A stretch of 64,000 bases of DNA from Monocercomonoides exilis PA203. Lineage: Eukaryota > Protista > Preaxostyla. The notes below the pieces were generated by a model, which saw only the letters and a list, made by a program, of their open reading frames with translations, did not search any database and was not told the origin of the DNA. Made by a program: the position numbers and the translations under genes. The DNA lies in the NCBI GenBank assembly GCA_001643675.2, contig LSRY02000015.1:744001-808000 (forward strand). The letters are read 5' to 3'. Shown here piece by piece: positions 33,324-46,530 of this stretch. Within the stretch, counting starts at the first letter, position 1. The number at the start of each line of letters is the position of its first letter.

Positions 33324-34454
33324 ATGTCTGATGAATCATCTGTTCAATCACTTGTTATTGACAATGGATCTGGGATGTGCAAAGCCGGATTTGCAGGATA
33401 CGATGCTCCGAGAGTTGTATTTCCAAGTATAGTTGGACACCCCAAAACAAAAAACATTTTTTTAGGTTCTGGTGATAAGGAGTGTTACATTGGAGATGAG
33501 GCACAATTGAGGAGAGGAATTCTTGAATTGCATTATCCCATTGAACACGGAATTGTTAACAACTGGGAAGAAATGGAAAAGATCTGGCATCACACATTTT
33601 ATAACGAGCTTCGAGTTTGTCCAGAGGATCATCCAGCATTACTGACCGAAGCTCCGTTGAACCCAAAGGCAAATAGAGAGAAGATGACAACAATTATGTT
33701 TGAAACGTTTAACGTTCCTGCAATGTATGTTCAGATACAAGCGGTGCTATCACTGTACTCAATTGGACGAACAACTGGAGTAGTTGTGGATTCTGGAGAT
33801 GGTGTGACACATACAGTGCCTATATATGAAGGATACAACTTACCGAAAGCCGTAAGGAGAATGGATCTTGCTGGAAGAGATCTTACAGACATGATGATGA
33901 GGATATTGTTGGAGAGAGGATACTCATTTAGAACATCAGCAGAGCGTGAAATTGTGCGAGATATCAAAGAAAAATTGTGTTATGTTGCCTTTGATTTTAA
34001 TGCTGAGATGGAAAAGGCAGCTTCATCAACAGCAATTGACAAAAATTATGAGATGCCAGATGGTCAGATACTTACGATTGGAAAAGAAAGATTTAGATGC
34101 CCAGAGACTCTGTTTCAACCCAATATGATTGGTCTTGAGGAAACTGGAATACATGAAAAGACTTACAATTCTATCATGATGTGCGATGTTGATATCAGAC
34201 GTGATTTGTATGGAGAAGTTGTGATGTCTGGTGGAACAACCATGTTTAGCGGTATTGCTGAGAGACTGCACAAGGAACTCACAGCTCTTGCACCGTCCTC
34301 AATGAAAGTTCAAATCTCAGCTCAACCTGAGCGCAAATATTGCGTGTGGATCGGAGGTTCTATTCTTGCATCTCTTAACACATTCCAGCAAATGTGGATA
34401 TCAAAGGAAGAATATGATGAATGTGGTCCTTCTATTGTGCATAGGAAATGCTAA
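33324..34454 (+). CDS. ACT: Actin (divergent isoform)
   Basis: 376 aa with '[16 protein letters not shown]', 'YPIEHGIV', '[16 protein letters not shown]', 'DSGDGVTH', 'SGGTTMF' and '[10 protein letters not shown]'. Intronless. Confidence 0.95.
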   Translation: MSDESSVQSLVIDNGSGMCKAGFAGYDAPRVVFPSIVGHPKTKNIFLGSGDKECYIGDEAQLRRGILELHYPIEHGIVNNWEEMEKIWHHTFYNELRVCPEDHPALLTEAPLNPKANREKMTTIMFETFNVPAMYVQIQAVLSLYSIGRTTGVVVDSGDGVTHTVPIYEGYNLPKAVRRMDLAGRDLTDMMMRILLERGYSFRTSAEREIVRDIKEKLCYVAFDFNAEMEKAASSTAIDKNYEMPDGQILTIGKERFRCPETLFQPNMIGLEETGIHEKTYNSIMMCDVDIRRDLYGEVVMSGGTTMFSGIAERLHKELTALAPSSMKVQISAQPERKYCVWIGGSILASLNTFQQMWISKEEYDECGPSIVHRKC

Positions 34455-36610
34455 TAAAAAGATTTTATGACAAATACAGAACTTAAACTGAGAAAGCAAT
34501 TTGTTATTGATAAATTCGAATAGTTAAAATGCACTTTTAAACACTTTTGATGCATATTGTTTTTTGAAAATGGCTGAAATAAAATTATTTTATGCATTTT
34601 TATGTTTTTGTCAGTTTGCCTTACATTTTATTTGTATTTTGGCTTTAAGAACGTATCTTTAAATTTGTTTAATGGTAGTTCACACTTTTATCTTTTGTTT
34701 GAGATTATATATTTTTTTTCAACAATGTAGACATTCTTAATTTTTTATTGGATTTTCTTTTTGGTTTCATTACGGTTTTTTGTTTCATTTATTGTTTGTG
34801 TGTAACCTTGAACTCTGGAACAATCATAAACCCTTGAAAAAAGTAATGATTGTTCTTGCAATAATTAGATGACAATAGAACATAGCTTGAAAGAAACGAA
34901 TTTTCTTTGCATTTTATTTTGGATGGTCTTTAAAAAAAGAGATATGGAGTGAATCAATGATCATAATGATGTATGATTTTAAATAATGAGCTGCAAAATT
35001 ATCAAATCCATTCCTTACAAGTTGAATATTTCATTTTTAAACTCTAAAAAAAATGATAATTAAATAAAAGCAAAGGATATTTATTTTATTAAAAAAAGAT
35101 AAGAATCTATTGATATAAGTTTGAAGTATTAAATGATAATAAACTCAAAAATCATAGACAAAAAATCGCAATTACATAGATAAAAGAAAGAAAAAAAATT
35201 ACACAAATAATCATCTTCAAGAATATTTTCCATCATTTTTCATCAACTTAAATTCATAAATAATTGTCAAAAAAATATATGCTCATCTTTTCCTATTTTA
35301 TTGAATAAAAATTCCCCAAAAAAATATAAAAGAAATTTACTAAATTTGAATTTAGTACAATTCACAAAATATCCAGAACATCACCATGCAATTTTAGGAG
35401 AAAAGTTTTTTCATTTTTTCATAAAAGTACATTTCCTAACATTAAATAAATTGGCAAATGAAATTAAATAAAAAAAATCAACCAGCATAAAAGTGTAATG
35501 AAAAAAATATTATCAGTTGTTAAATAAAAAACATTCAAAACAATTCATTCAATAACAAAAGCATTTGAAAAATTCAGGAGAAACAATTAAACATCACTCA
35601 CCAAATATGGTGTCTTCCCTAAATGCAAGGGACAAAAAGTTTCTCATCATTTTTAATAAATACTCATATACATATCAAAAACAATAACCCAGTCTTAATT
35701 ACAAGACATACTTTTGAAAGTTATTTTGTAACAAAAGATCTGAATCTATTGTTGATTATTCAAGAAAAATTTCACCTTCATCCAACTTTAAATCAGGAAG
35801 ATGCTTAAAAAAATTATCATTTTTATATTTTAAAAATAAATATATGCAGGTTTAACCATGAAAAACAATTTGATCTATCACATAATTAGATAAAAAATAT
35901 GTTTAAGCCTTTTTGCACATAATTTCATTAAAAGAAGCGCTTAAAGATTAAGCAAAAATAGATGATGTATCTTTGTTTTTGAAAAAACTATGAAATGGGT
36001 GTTATTTAATTAGCGATTTTTTTCAAAGAGGAAAGAATTACAAGCTAAGTTCAAACATTTTCTCCTCGAAACAATGACTAGACGGTGGAAATAACAAAAT
36101 ATTTTGTTATCGAAAAAGGATTTTGAAGAATTTGATGCAAGAAGCTCGAAAGACAAAACTGTCTAACACCAATTCTGTGCAACACCGAACAGGATCAGAA
36201 AAGCATGGATGATCCCTGGAAGGTAGGCAAGAAGCGTTAATATAATGTTTATTATGAAATGGATGGTAAAGTTGAACCTGAAATAATAATAACAAAAAAC
36301 AAAAATTTCAACTGAAATGAAAAAGAGATCAATAAAATGTCGAACTCAACTTTCATTTGAGGAACTGTTTCGCATAGGTGTTCAATGACAAATATAAAGA
36401 ACATTCGACGATCTTCAAATGTCAATAAAAAAATCAAACCGAAATGAAAACATAGTAAAGCTGCCGGAGGGAAAACAACACATAAAATGATGCTTAAGAC
36501 CAAGAAAAGGCTATCCATTGCAAAATTAATTTAATATATTTGTACACTGTACATTGCGAATCCTTATGAAGAAATCAAAAATGATCAAATATTGTATAAA
36601 TTATTGCTTA

Positions 36611-37945
36611 ATGAATATGAGTTCTGATTCTGTCTTTGGTTTTGGAGATACGGAAAAAGATCTTTTGTCTCAAACGAATGACATGGTATTATTTTTCAAA
36701 TTTAAAATGTTTTGTTGGGGAAAATCTATTATTGTTTGTTTGTTGTGTGCACTTTGGTTGATAGACATCAATTGATTTCTCTTTTCAACAAATCGAATCT
36801 TCACAACAAGTTGGTGCAAAACTTTGCGAAAGCAATAGAAACGAAGAAATTATGAGGTATTTTTTTGCATTACTCCAGAAAATGACTTGAGTAATTGATT
36901 TTTTAAATTATTAAATTTTTCATCAAGTTTTTTTGAAAAGCTTGTCTTAGACTTAACGAGGCACAGAGATGCATGGCCATTTTTATCTCCTGTAGACCCT
37001 AAAGCATTAGATATACCACATTATTTTGATGTTGTTCCAAATCCAATGGATCTAAAGACAATAAAACAAAATATCAAAGATGATGTTTATAAAGGAAATT
37101 ACTTGCAATGTCTGGCAGACATTTGTCTTGTTTTTAACAACTGCTATATATTTAATCCGCCAGAATCAACAATCTCAAGCATGGGAGAAAAACTTCAATA
37201 TTTTTTTTTAAAACGACTGGAGAAAAGCGGATATTTTACTGATGAGCAGCTGGCGTTTGCAAGAAATCCCTGCCCAATGAAATATTATCGACATTCATCA
37301 CAGGATCCATCTCCTTTAAATCTGGCAACGCTTCGCTTTGATGAACATAATAAAGATGCACTTGAACAAAAACGAAAGATCAGAAAGATGTATAAGAAAG
37401 CCGTGAAAGCTGAGCGTCATTGGAAAAATGAAGGCAGCGATGAGAAGAAAGAATTGGGCAGCAAAGTGAAGAAGCATAATGAAAGAGAAGCCAAAGCGCT
37501 TGCACGGATTACAGAGCCATTGGAAATGCTTCTGGAGCCATTTGAAGGAGACAGCGTTCCGCTGTCAGCAGACGAAATGAGAGATTTGTGCGAAGCTGTG
37601 TATAATCTGCCGACTGCGGAGTTGGAGCAGATTGTGCAGTTTATTCAGAGAGTGTCGCCGATGACTGCGAAGCAGAACGTTGATGACGATGTGTTTGTGT
37701 TTGATCTAGACGAACTTGATGTGCGTGTGCTGCGGCACCTGCAGCTGCTTTTGAGGAGTTTCACAGAAGAATTTGGCGTTCAAAAGGAGAAGACAGCCGA
37801 CGGAAAAGAAGAGGGGAAAATGGAAGTTGAAGAAAGCGCGAGTATATTAAGAGAGGCAGATAAATCAGAAGAAAAACAAGAAGAATTGAAAGAGACTCAA
37901 ACAGGAAATGGAGGAGACTTGCCAGCGACATTCTTTGGACAATGA
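36611..37945 (+). CDS. Single bromodomain + ET/NET domain protein (BET/GTE-like), 3 exons
   Basis: Predicted exons 36611-36685, 36765-36856, 36928-37945. Bromodomain 'AWPFLSPVDP..IPHYFDVVPNPMDLKTIK..LVFNNCYIFN'. ET 'PLSADEMRDLCEAVYNLP..LEQIVQFI..FDLDELDVRVLRHL'. Confidence 0.85.
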
Positions 37946-38710
37946 AGCGAATAACAAGTTGCAATTCACTGTCTGTAGATACTTTTATGTTGTATTAATT
38001 TATGATTGGATCTGCCATTGCAGTTAAGGAAGCCACATATTTTGTTCAAAGGAGATAGAAAATGGAAAGGTGATAAATTTAATGTGCTTATCACAACAAC
38101 TTCAAACAAAACTAATGGTCACTGATTTCTTTTGTTAAGTTCATTTTTTAAAAAAGTTATCAACTTTATTTGTGCTTTATCGAGATTTTTCAGTATTTTA
38201 ATCGTTCAAAATGGATGGAATTTTTTTTTCAATTGTTTCAATTTTTTGAATGCATTGCAAAGAAAAAGAAAAAAATACATGACACAAGTTCATAGCTTTT
38301 GATTGATATTGAAAGATATTTTGTTAATTTCAAAGAAAAGAAATATATTTATTAATTCCAATCAAATTCTTTGTTTTTCGATTCAAACATAAACACATAA
38401 ATTCTTTGCAATTTGCTCTTCAAGTTACCCCTATTTATAAACAATATGTTAATTTATTTGAAATATAATAATTCGAAAAATGATGTGATTGTCATAAATT
38501 TTTTTGGTTTTTAAGATGAAACGATTTTTTGGTAAATAACAAAAACAATTCAATGAGACATGTAATCAAAATCAAAATAAGCTCCAATATATTATAAAAT
38601 GATTTTCAGAATAGAAATATAAAAGTAATATCAACTTGAAAGTCATTCAAAAATCGAGTGGAAAAATGTTTATGATGTATTTATGTGATCTTTTAGTTTT
38701 TATTTTTTAA

Positions 38711-39905
38711 ATGGAAATTTCTCAATCAACAGATGCAACTTCAACTGTATTTTTTTTATATTCATCTATAAATATTGAAAAATAATTTGTTTCTCAATTA
38801 CTTTTTTGAAGGAGTTATTTTTTGCATCTTTTACTGATTCATTTTCATCAAAACCAAAGGAAGAAAAATGCGCAATTATGAAAAGTTTTATCGAAAAAGT
38901 TAAAGAAGGTTTTAAAAAAATTGAATGTGATTGTGAAAATATTTTGAATAAACATTTACCATGACTTTTTGTTATTTTTTTAAATTGTTTGAAGGTTCAT
39001 CCGTTTCTGAACTTGTGATAAATTCTTCTTCAACAACAGACTTAATTTCATGCCTTCTTAGTAATGATTCAGATGAACAGGTTTGCCTTTCAAAAATATG
39101 AATTTTTTTCAAAATTTGTTTTCATGGTATTTTTTTACAGACTTATTCATACAAAGTTTTAAAATTTTTAACAAGTGGAATAAAAGAATCCACAGAAAAG
39201 ATGTCAATTTTCAATCTTTCTCAACTTATTATCGAAATGTTAAAGGTGTTCCGTAATTTTTTATTCAGTTTTATTTCATAACTCATTTTTAATTTTAAGA
39301 GTGAAATTTTTAAGTTTAGAGCACTAAGAGTACTAAGGTTTGCAACTTCATTCATTCATTCTTTTTTTTCTGTGAAAAAATTTTTTTGATATTTTGCCGA
39401 AATATCACTTAACAATGAATTTTTTTATAAGAGATATAGAAAAAGAATTTTCATCTGATTTTGTGAATCATTTTTGCTCAAATGGTGGTATTTTAGCGTT
39501 AAGTGAAGTTATAAGTCCACAACTTCCAATTGCAGAGACGCACATTGCGCTTGTTGTTCTTTATAAAGTTTTTTCATTCGGAAGAAAAAGCGAGAAAGAA
39601 GAAGACGCAATGGAAAACTCGCATTCAAATGAAAATTCAGCTTCTTCTGTTGAATGCATAGAAATTACATCAGATGAAGCACAAGCAGCATCGATATCAA
39701 CTCCATTTTCTGTGAATTTATCGGAGATTCAGCTGTTTTATCCTTTCTTAATCCATGTTGCTGCAAATCCTGATGTGTTGAATATGAAAATGTGTTTTTA
39801 TTTGCTTTCGATGTGCAAAGATAGAGGAGCAGTTGCATCTGCGCTGATGACGATTATTGGGTATGACCGAGGATTGCAAGAGAGAGAGAGAGAGAAAGAG
39901 GAAAA

Positions 39906-39938
<33 letters not shown>

Positions 39939-42900
39939 AGTTCAACAGAAAGTTAAATTCATTATATATTGGAAAATTTTTTGTGATTTTGCTGAAAATC
40001 TACCAAAATTTTGACAAGCAGATGTGTATCTGTTTGAGTATTGTTTCTTTCATGGAGCAGATTCTTTGCTATTTATTGGAGAGAGAAAAAAAATTGATCT
40101 GCTAGAAACAATTTTATCCTTTTTTTTGCAACATATCTTTTTATAAACCTGTTTATATTATTTTTTTGATAATTCTTTTTTCTTTCTTTCTTTCCTTTTT
40201 TATAAAATAAATAACCACATTTCTTTTATTTTTTATTTTGATATTCACATTTTTTCCCCCGTCTCAGAAAATATCATGTTTCAAACCCTGAAGAGCTTCC
40301 ACTTGTGTTGGAATGCCTTCACTCGCTTCTTCGCATTTTGCGTATTTCTGAAGATTCAACAACAACTTCATTGTCATCTAGTTCATCATCATCTTCTTCC
40401 TCCTCATCTTCCCCATCAAACTCACCCAAAATCGTATCTGCCCCTGTTGCCATCAGCACGCACGCCTCTTTTCATCTCTTCCGCCGGTTTGTCCAGTCGC
40501 GCAACCTGATTCTGAGTGAGCTGGCGATGAAAGTGCTGGCTGCCACACTCGAAGGCGGAGAGAAAGAGAGAGAGAAAATAAGCATCGACATCAGGGCACG
40601 CAGAAGGGAGAGAGACGAGGAGAAGAGGAAATTGATGAGGAAGGAGTTTGAAGAGAAAGAGAAAGAGGAGAAAGAGAAAGAGAAAGAGAAAGAGAAGGAA
40701 AAATTAACTGAAAAAGAAAAAGATATTGAAAAGAGTGAGATATCAACTGAGGCAGGAGAAAGAGGAGAAGATGACGGAGAAGAAGGCGAAGAAGAAGAAG
40801 AAGTCGAAGAAATCAACGTGATTGATGAACTTGTTGGAGTCGATGTGGTTGAAGAAGAAGCTCCATCTTCATCTTCTGTGCCGTCATCACTGACAAATGG
40901 CGGAGTAATCCAGAGTGAAGAAGAAATGACAACATCATCTACTTCATCTGCTTCATCACCATCTTCTTCCTCTTCTTCCTCTTCTTCTGATCCAGCTGCC
41001 TCTTCATCCAAGCCTCGTTTCCGCGGACCGCACGAGCTTGGCCCAGGCGAGAAAGTGGTTGATGGGCTGATGAACTGCGAAATAGCACCGCTTTTGTTTG
41101 AAATCGTTCGCAATGGGATGACGGGAAGAGGCGGTGCTGGAGGCTTAAGAGGAAGAGGAGGCGTAAGAGGAGGGGGAGGCTTAAGAGGAGGAGGAGGCGG
41201 AAGATTTGGACAAAGAGGGTTTGCTCATTTTGCAGCTGCGGATGGCGATGGAGAAGGAGAAGTGGCAGGGCTGGGCGTAGTGGCAGACCCGAATGCTGCA
41301 ATTGTGAACGAGGAAGAAGAAGAAGGCGATGCGGAAGAGGCGAAAGTGAAAGGAGTGGAAGAGGAAGAGCAGATGCTGCGGGAGCGTGTGCGGATGGCGA
41401 CGCGGTGTGTGATTGGCATTTGCGAGGCGGCGAACGGGAGGCAGCTGAGAAGGCTGCTGCGGTTCGATCTTTTGGGGATGCTGCGACACTTCTTCCGGAA
41501 AGGGGCGATTGATGCGGTGGGGAGGGAGCCTGTGGACGAAGAGGATGAGAAGAGGGCGGACGAGGCGAAAGTGAAGGAAGGGAAAGAGGAGGAAAGAGAG
41601 AGGATGCTGTTTGTGGATTTGGAAGGAAGTGAAGAAGAAGAGGAGGAGGAAGAAGAAGAGGAAGAAGATGTTGGTGATGAAGGAGGAATGAAGAATGAAA
41701 AAGCAAAGAGAAACAGAAGAGATGAAAGAGAAAGAGAAAGGGGAAGAGAAAGGCAAAGACGAGAAGATCCAGATTTCGATGTGGAAGAAGCCGAAAAGCT
41801 TCAACGAATCCCTGTCAGTCTGTATGTGGCGCTGCAGACGCTGGAGCGGCTGCTGAATCTGAATGCGAAGGCGTTTGACCGGCAGGAGCACGAGCTGCTG
41901 ACGAAGCGGATGGACGATCTGGGCATCATTAACGATGTGCGGAACTGTCTGGTGCTGTTTGCGAGGGGCAGGCTGGCGAATGACGAGGATTATGAGCTTC
42001 CGGAAGGAGGGAGGGCGAATCAAAGGGAGGAAATGAGAAGGAGGGCTGGGTTTGGGATGGGGAGTCATAGAGAAGAAGTGGATGAGGAAGCAGTGAGGCT
42101 GTTTATGGAGCATGTGAATGAGGTGGAGAGAAGGAAAGAAGAGAAAATGAAAAGAGAATTTGAGATAAGAAAGAAGTTGGATGAAGATGCAATGAAAGGA
42201 GTGAAGGCAGAATCTGAATCGCAGGCAGCTTCATCTTCATCATCATCATCATCATCTTCTTCTTCTTCTTCTTCTTCTTCTTCTTCTTCTTCTTCTTCTT
42301 CTTCTTCTTCTTCTTCTTCTTCAACTTCTCCTTCTTCTTCCTCTCCCTCCTCAACCAACCCCCCATCCATCAAGCACCGCTCAGGGCGTTCGTTCAAAGT
42401 AAAGCGGCAGAATGTGATTGAGCTGTGTGCCAGCGTCGTTTGTGGTGCTTTTCTGTCGATGGACGTGCCGCCTTCGCTGCGCTGTGCGTTTCCTGTGGTG
42501 CAGTCGATGGTCTGCGGCTTCGACGACATCCGCAGGCTGAGGGGACTCAACGCCATGTCCCACGTGGCAAACCAGAATTGTATGGAAAAATTTTTAATTT
42601 TTCGAAAAAATTAAATATATTTCATTAATTGTTTCAATTATTTTTGTTTATCTGCGTTTTTTATTTTTCATATTTTTATCTTTTTTTGAATTTTTTTGTT
42701 CATGCTCATACGATGAATTGTAATGATGGTGGGCCAATGGCTATGATTTTTCAATTGTCTTGCTTAGTGAATAAAGGTTATTTGCTGAATGATGCTGTTG
42801 CAAAGCAATTGATCAGATTTATGGGGTTTGCCAGAAACTATTAATTGAAATTTTTTTCAATATTTTCTATCTTCCTTTTTTTTAATTCTTTTTCTTCTTC

Positions 42901-43858
42901 CTTTTTCCCCCCTCTTTTTCACTCATTCGTTATCATTATTCACTAATACACAAATATATTCACATCCAGTTTCCGCTGGTACCCCCTTGTCTCTTCATCT
43001 CTTCGTGTGACCAACAAGTTCATCACCAACGGCGCCGAGTTCCACTCCGTGTTCCTGCGCCACGGCATTCTCCAGCCCATCCACCGCCTGCTGCACTCGC
43101 CGTGCGCTGAATACAGCGACAAGGCCTCTTCTATTCTTCTCTCGCTGACCAGCAAGTCGTTCAAGCTGTTTGCCAGCTCGCTTGACAAGGTGCTGTTTAA
43201 CGAGCTGGTCGAGCTGATGTACTCTCCACAGGCGATTGTGCGGAACAACGCGTCGGAAATCATCGAGGCGCTTGCAGAAGGAAGAGGGCTGGATGAAGAA
43301 GGAGAAGGAGAAGGGAAACGAGATGGAGGATATGGTGGAAGGCCACGGAGGGGATATGAGGGAGGGGTGAGGTACGGGGACGGGAAGGAGAAGAGAAACG
43401 AGAAGGATAAAGATGCGAACAACGAGCCAACAGTTACGAAGGAAGAGCTGCTGCGTCGTTTGCTGAGCTGGGGCGTTGTGTCGAATCTTGTTGGCGTCCT
43501 GGCGTCGCCAACGGCAACTGACATAGCAAAAATAGGAGCAGCTGGTGCTTTGCTTAATCTGTATGCAGCAGTTGGGAAAAAGAAGAACAGGAGAAGATAC
43601 GGAGGGGGAGGAGGAGGAGGAGAAAGAAGCGAGGGAAATTGGGAGAATACAGAAAATTTTAAAAGAAAAGCGACAGAAGCTGGACCTGTAGAACAAAATG
43701 CTGAGTTGGTTGATACAAAACCAGCTTCTTTGAAAGAGCTGTTTATTACTGAGCTGGAAGAAAATGATGGCTATACAGTGTTTCAGACATTAAAGAGCAG
43801 CAAGAGTAAAACATTGTCTCAGCTACATAAAAAATTCCAGATCGAAACGAGAAAATGA
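38711..43858 (+). CDS. Multi-exon ARM/HEAT-repeat-like helical protein with acidic, poly-Ser and RGG insertions
   Basis: Several short 5' exons from the ATG at 38711, then large coding blocks ~39430-39860, ~40269-42579 and ~42970-43858. ARM-like segments 'HFCSNGGILALSEVI', 'FLRHGILQPIHRLLHS', 'LLSWGVVSNLVGVLAS..AAGALLNL'. The 5' exon structure is approximate. Confidence 0.6.
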
Positions 43859-45199
43859 AGTTTCAGTTTTTGTTTTTAATTTTTTTTCCAATAAAATAAA
43901 AAAAGAAAGAAAGAAATATCTTTAAATTTCTTTATGTGATTCTTATCTTCAAAAAGAAAGAAAAAAAAAACTTTTCACAGAAATGAAAACATAAGAAAGA
44001 ATAATTGAAAACCTTGAAGAATCCGACTTACATCCTCATAGCGTTTGATCTATCATAATAATATGGGATTTATTAAAGAAAAACTCGAACAAAACTGCAA
44101 ATGGAGAAGATACTGATGCCACGTGATCAATTCACTTAATTTGAAAATATTTTCGTTCATTTTTGTTGGATTTGTTAGGTTTTTGGATTTCAATAAATAA
44201 AACAAGCAAAGAAAGGCATAAGGCTACTTTAAGGGGACCCAACAAATTAAAAATAAGCTTTATGAATAGGCTGAATGTTTTCAAGTGAACTTTTATCAAC
44301 ACTCTTTGGTGATGATAATATGTTTTATTTATTATTTTGCTTTTTTAGGGTTTTCTTTATCAAAAACAATTGTCCCCAAATTGAAATTTTGAAATTTTTT
44401 TTTGTTAAATTTATTAAATAACAATAAAAAGACATTTTTTTAGGTTCTTAAATTAGTTTATAAAGGCTATTTGTTGATGTCAGGGTTGATAATAACTCAA
44501 TTTAAGTATTTTAATGAAGTTTGAAAAAAGTCTCGTAAAACGAAAGATTTGCATAAAAAACCATTCAATCATTTTGAGTTTTGATCAACAGGTTATTATT
44601 TACCTAACGTGTTTATAATATCTTAACATTGTATTTTTCAGCTATTTATTCAAAGATTTAACAATAAAAGTGTGTATCCTTTATGTAGCCTCTTGCCCAA
44701 AGAAAGGACAAAATGTTGTTTTTGGGTTCTATTGTGTAATTTTAGGGTTAGGATTTGCCGTAGACAAATTTTTAAAATGGCAATAATTTATATAGTGGGA
44801 AGAATAATTTTGGTTCCAGGACCTTCTCCATTTGCACCAAGATATTTTGAAGTCATTTTTTTCAAAACGAACATAAGCAACTTCATGTCTTCAAAATCAT
44901 TCTCCTTTTTTTTGTCTTTAATATGGGCAAGATCTCTTTATTATCATTCAAATAATGCAATATGTTTCTTGCTCAAACCAAGGATTTTTCCTCATGCTTC
45001 TTCTTTAAAGTCTCATTTGGTTACCAAACTTAATATGAGATACATTTGAAACTATAAACAGCTATTGTTCAAAATAGATCGATAAATATTTGATTATGTC
45101 CCAGTGAAATTGCTTCTTATTTAAAAATAGATGATGAATGTCTGATACCAAAATGAGTAGTGAATGATAAGAACTGTTTATTTAACACGTGAAAGATAC

Positions 45200-45236
<37 letters not shown>

Positions 45237-45586
45237 AGTAATAAAAGAAGAAAAGTTAAAGGAAAGCAGAATAAAAGATGACATGTTGTTGCCAAATCTT
45301 GTTCTTCTGAAATTCATGTTCAACACTAAACCTTGCTCAACAAGGATAACGTTGGCATCGCTTCTTTCATTTGTTGCTCATTACATCTCCGTCAACCGCA
45401 TTATCGTGAAAATTTCGCAGAATTCAAAAATGAATTGTATTTAAGATAATTTTTTCAACCCCATTTTTGGTTTTTTTGAAAAGAAAGAGCTCATCTCCAC
45501 ATTTTTTGAGATCTGAAAGTTGCAACTATTTCTTCAATAATCAGGGAAGCTTTTTGAAAAGATATTTGCTTGACATAGTCATCAAA

Positions 45587-45843
45587 TGGGCGATTATTTT
45601 TGAAATCATAACTTTTTTCGGGGTGTCAATTTTTCATTTTCATTTGTCGTTGGGAAGAGATTTTGTATTCTATTTGAGAATTTTACAACAACTGTTTTAA
45701 AAACAAATGAAAAGCAGAAATAAAAATCATGATAATGTTTTTCTAGCCTTTTCTCTTTTAAGTGTTCTTTTGTTTATATAAAGGAGAAATATTCAAACCG
45801 AAAATTTAATTAGAAATAATATAACATCAAAAATAATCACACA
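45587..45843. mobile_element. ~255-bp MITE-like element (family C), degenerate copy
   Basis: Starts TGGGCGATTATTTTTGAAATCATA..TTTTTTCGGGGTGT and ends CAAAAATAATCACACA. Colinear with 60437-60691. Confidence 0.7.
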
Positions 45844-46530
45844 AATATTTATTTTAAGTCTGGCCCGAATAGATTTTTATTTCAAGATCTCAAAAATAAA
45901 ACAACGGATAAATTTTATGGAGCAAAGAAGAAGAAGAAAAGAATAAGTAGTTAAAGAAAACATATTGTTTTTAATTAAAAGACAACAAAAAGATTACTGG
46001 GATCAAGATTATTCCAAATATATATAATTAATTATTGGACGAAGATAAAGTGAAAAAGAATAATGGATAAATTATAAATTCAACAAAGAAAATGAAGAAA
46101 ACTCAAGCAGAGCAGACGAATGCCAAAGAAGAAAAATAATTTCACTTTTTATTGAATTTATTTTATATTTTAACTGTTCTTCATTTTTCCCCCAAATAAT
46201 AATAATAATAATTATAATAATGTTAATAAAACTCTGCATTAAAAAACTTCCTGTTTTAAATATACTACAGCTTGATTATACAACAACGCCATCCGTATGA
46301 TTGCTGTATTGCTCTTTTTTTATAAAGAATTTCATTTCTAAAATTTCCTTTTTCCACATTCATTTAGCCACGTCCTTTGCTCTTCTCAGATGTTTCTGCT
46401 ATTTCATCCATCCCAAATACCTACAGCAAATTTTCACATATTCCATGATTTCTAAATCCTTCGTAACATAGTGACTATTTGGAACTCATCAATGCACATT
46501 ATTAGCTCAACTTCTTTATTCCCAATACGC

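Noticed and set aside
44220-45330. Possible degraded coding or repeat sequence, with a short similarity (TGTCCCCAAA..AAATTTTGAAATT) to ~63632
   Set aside because: Too short and AT-rich to support an element call.
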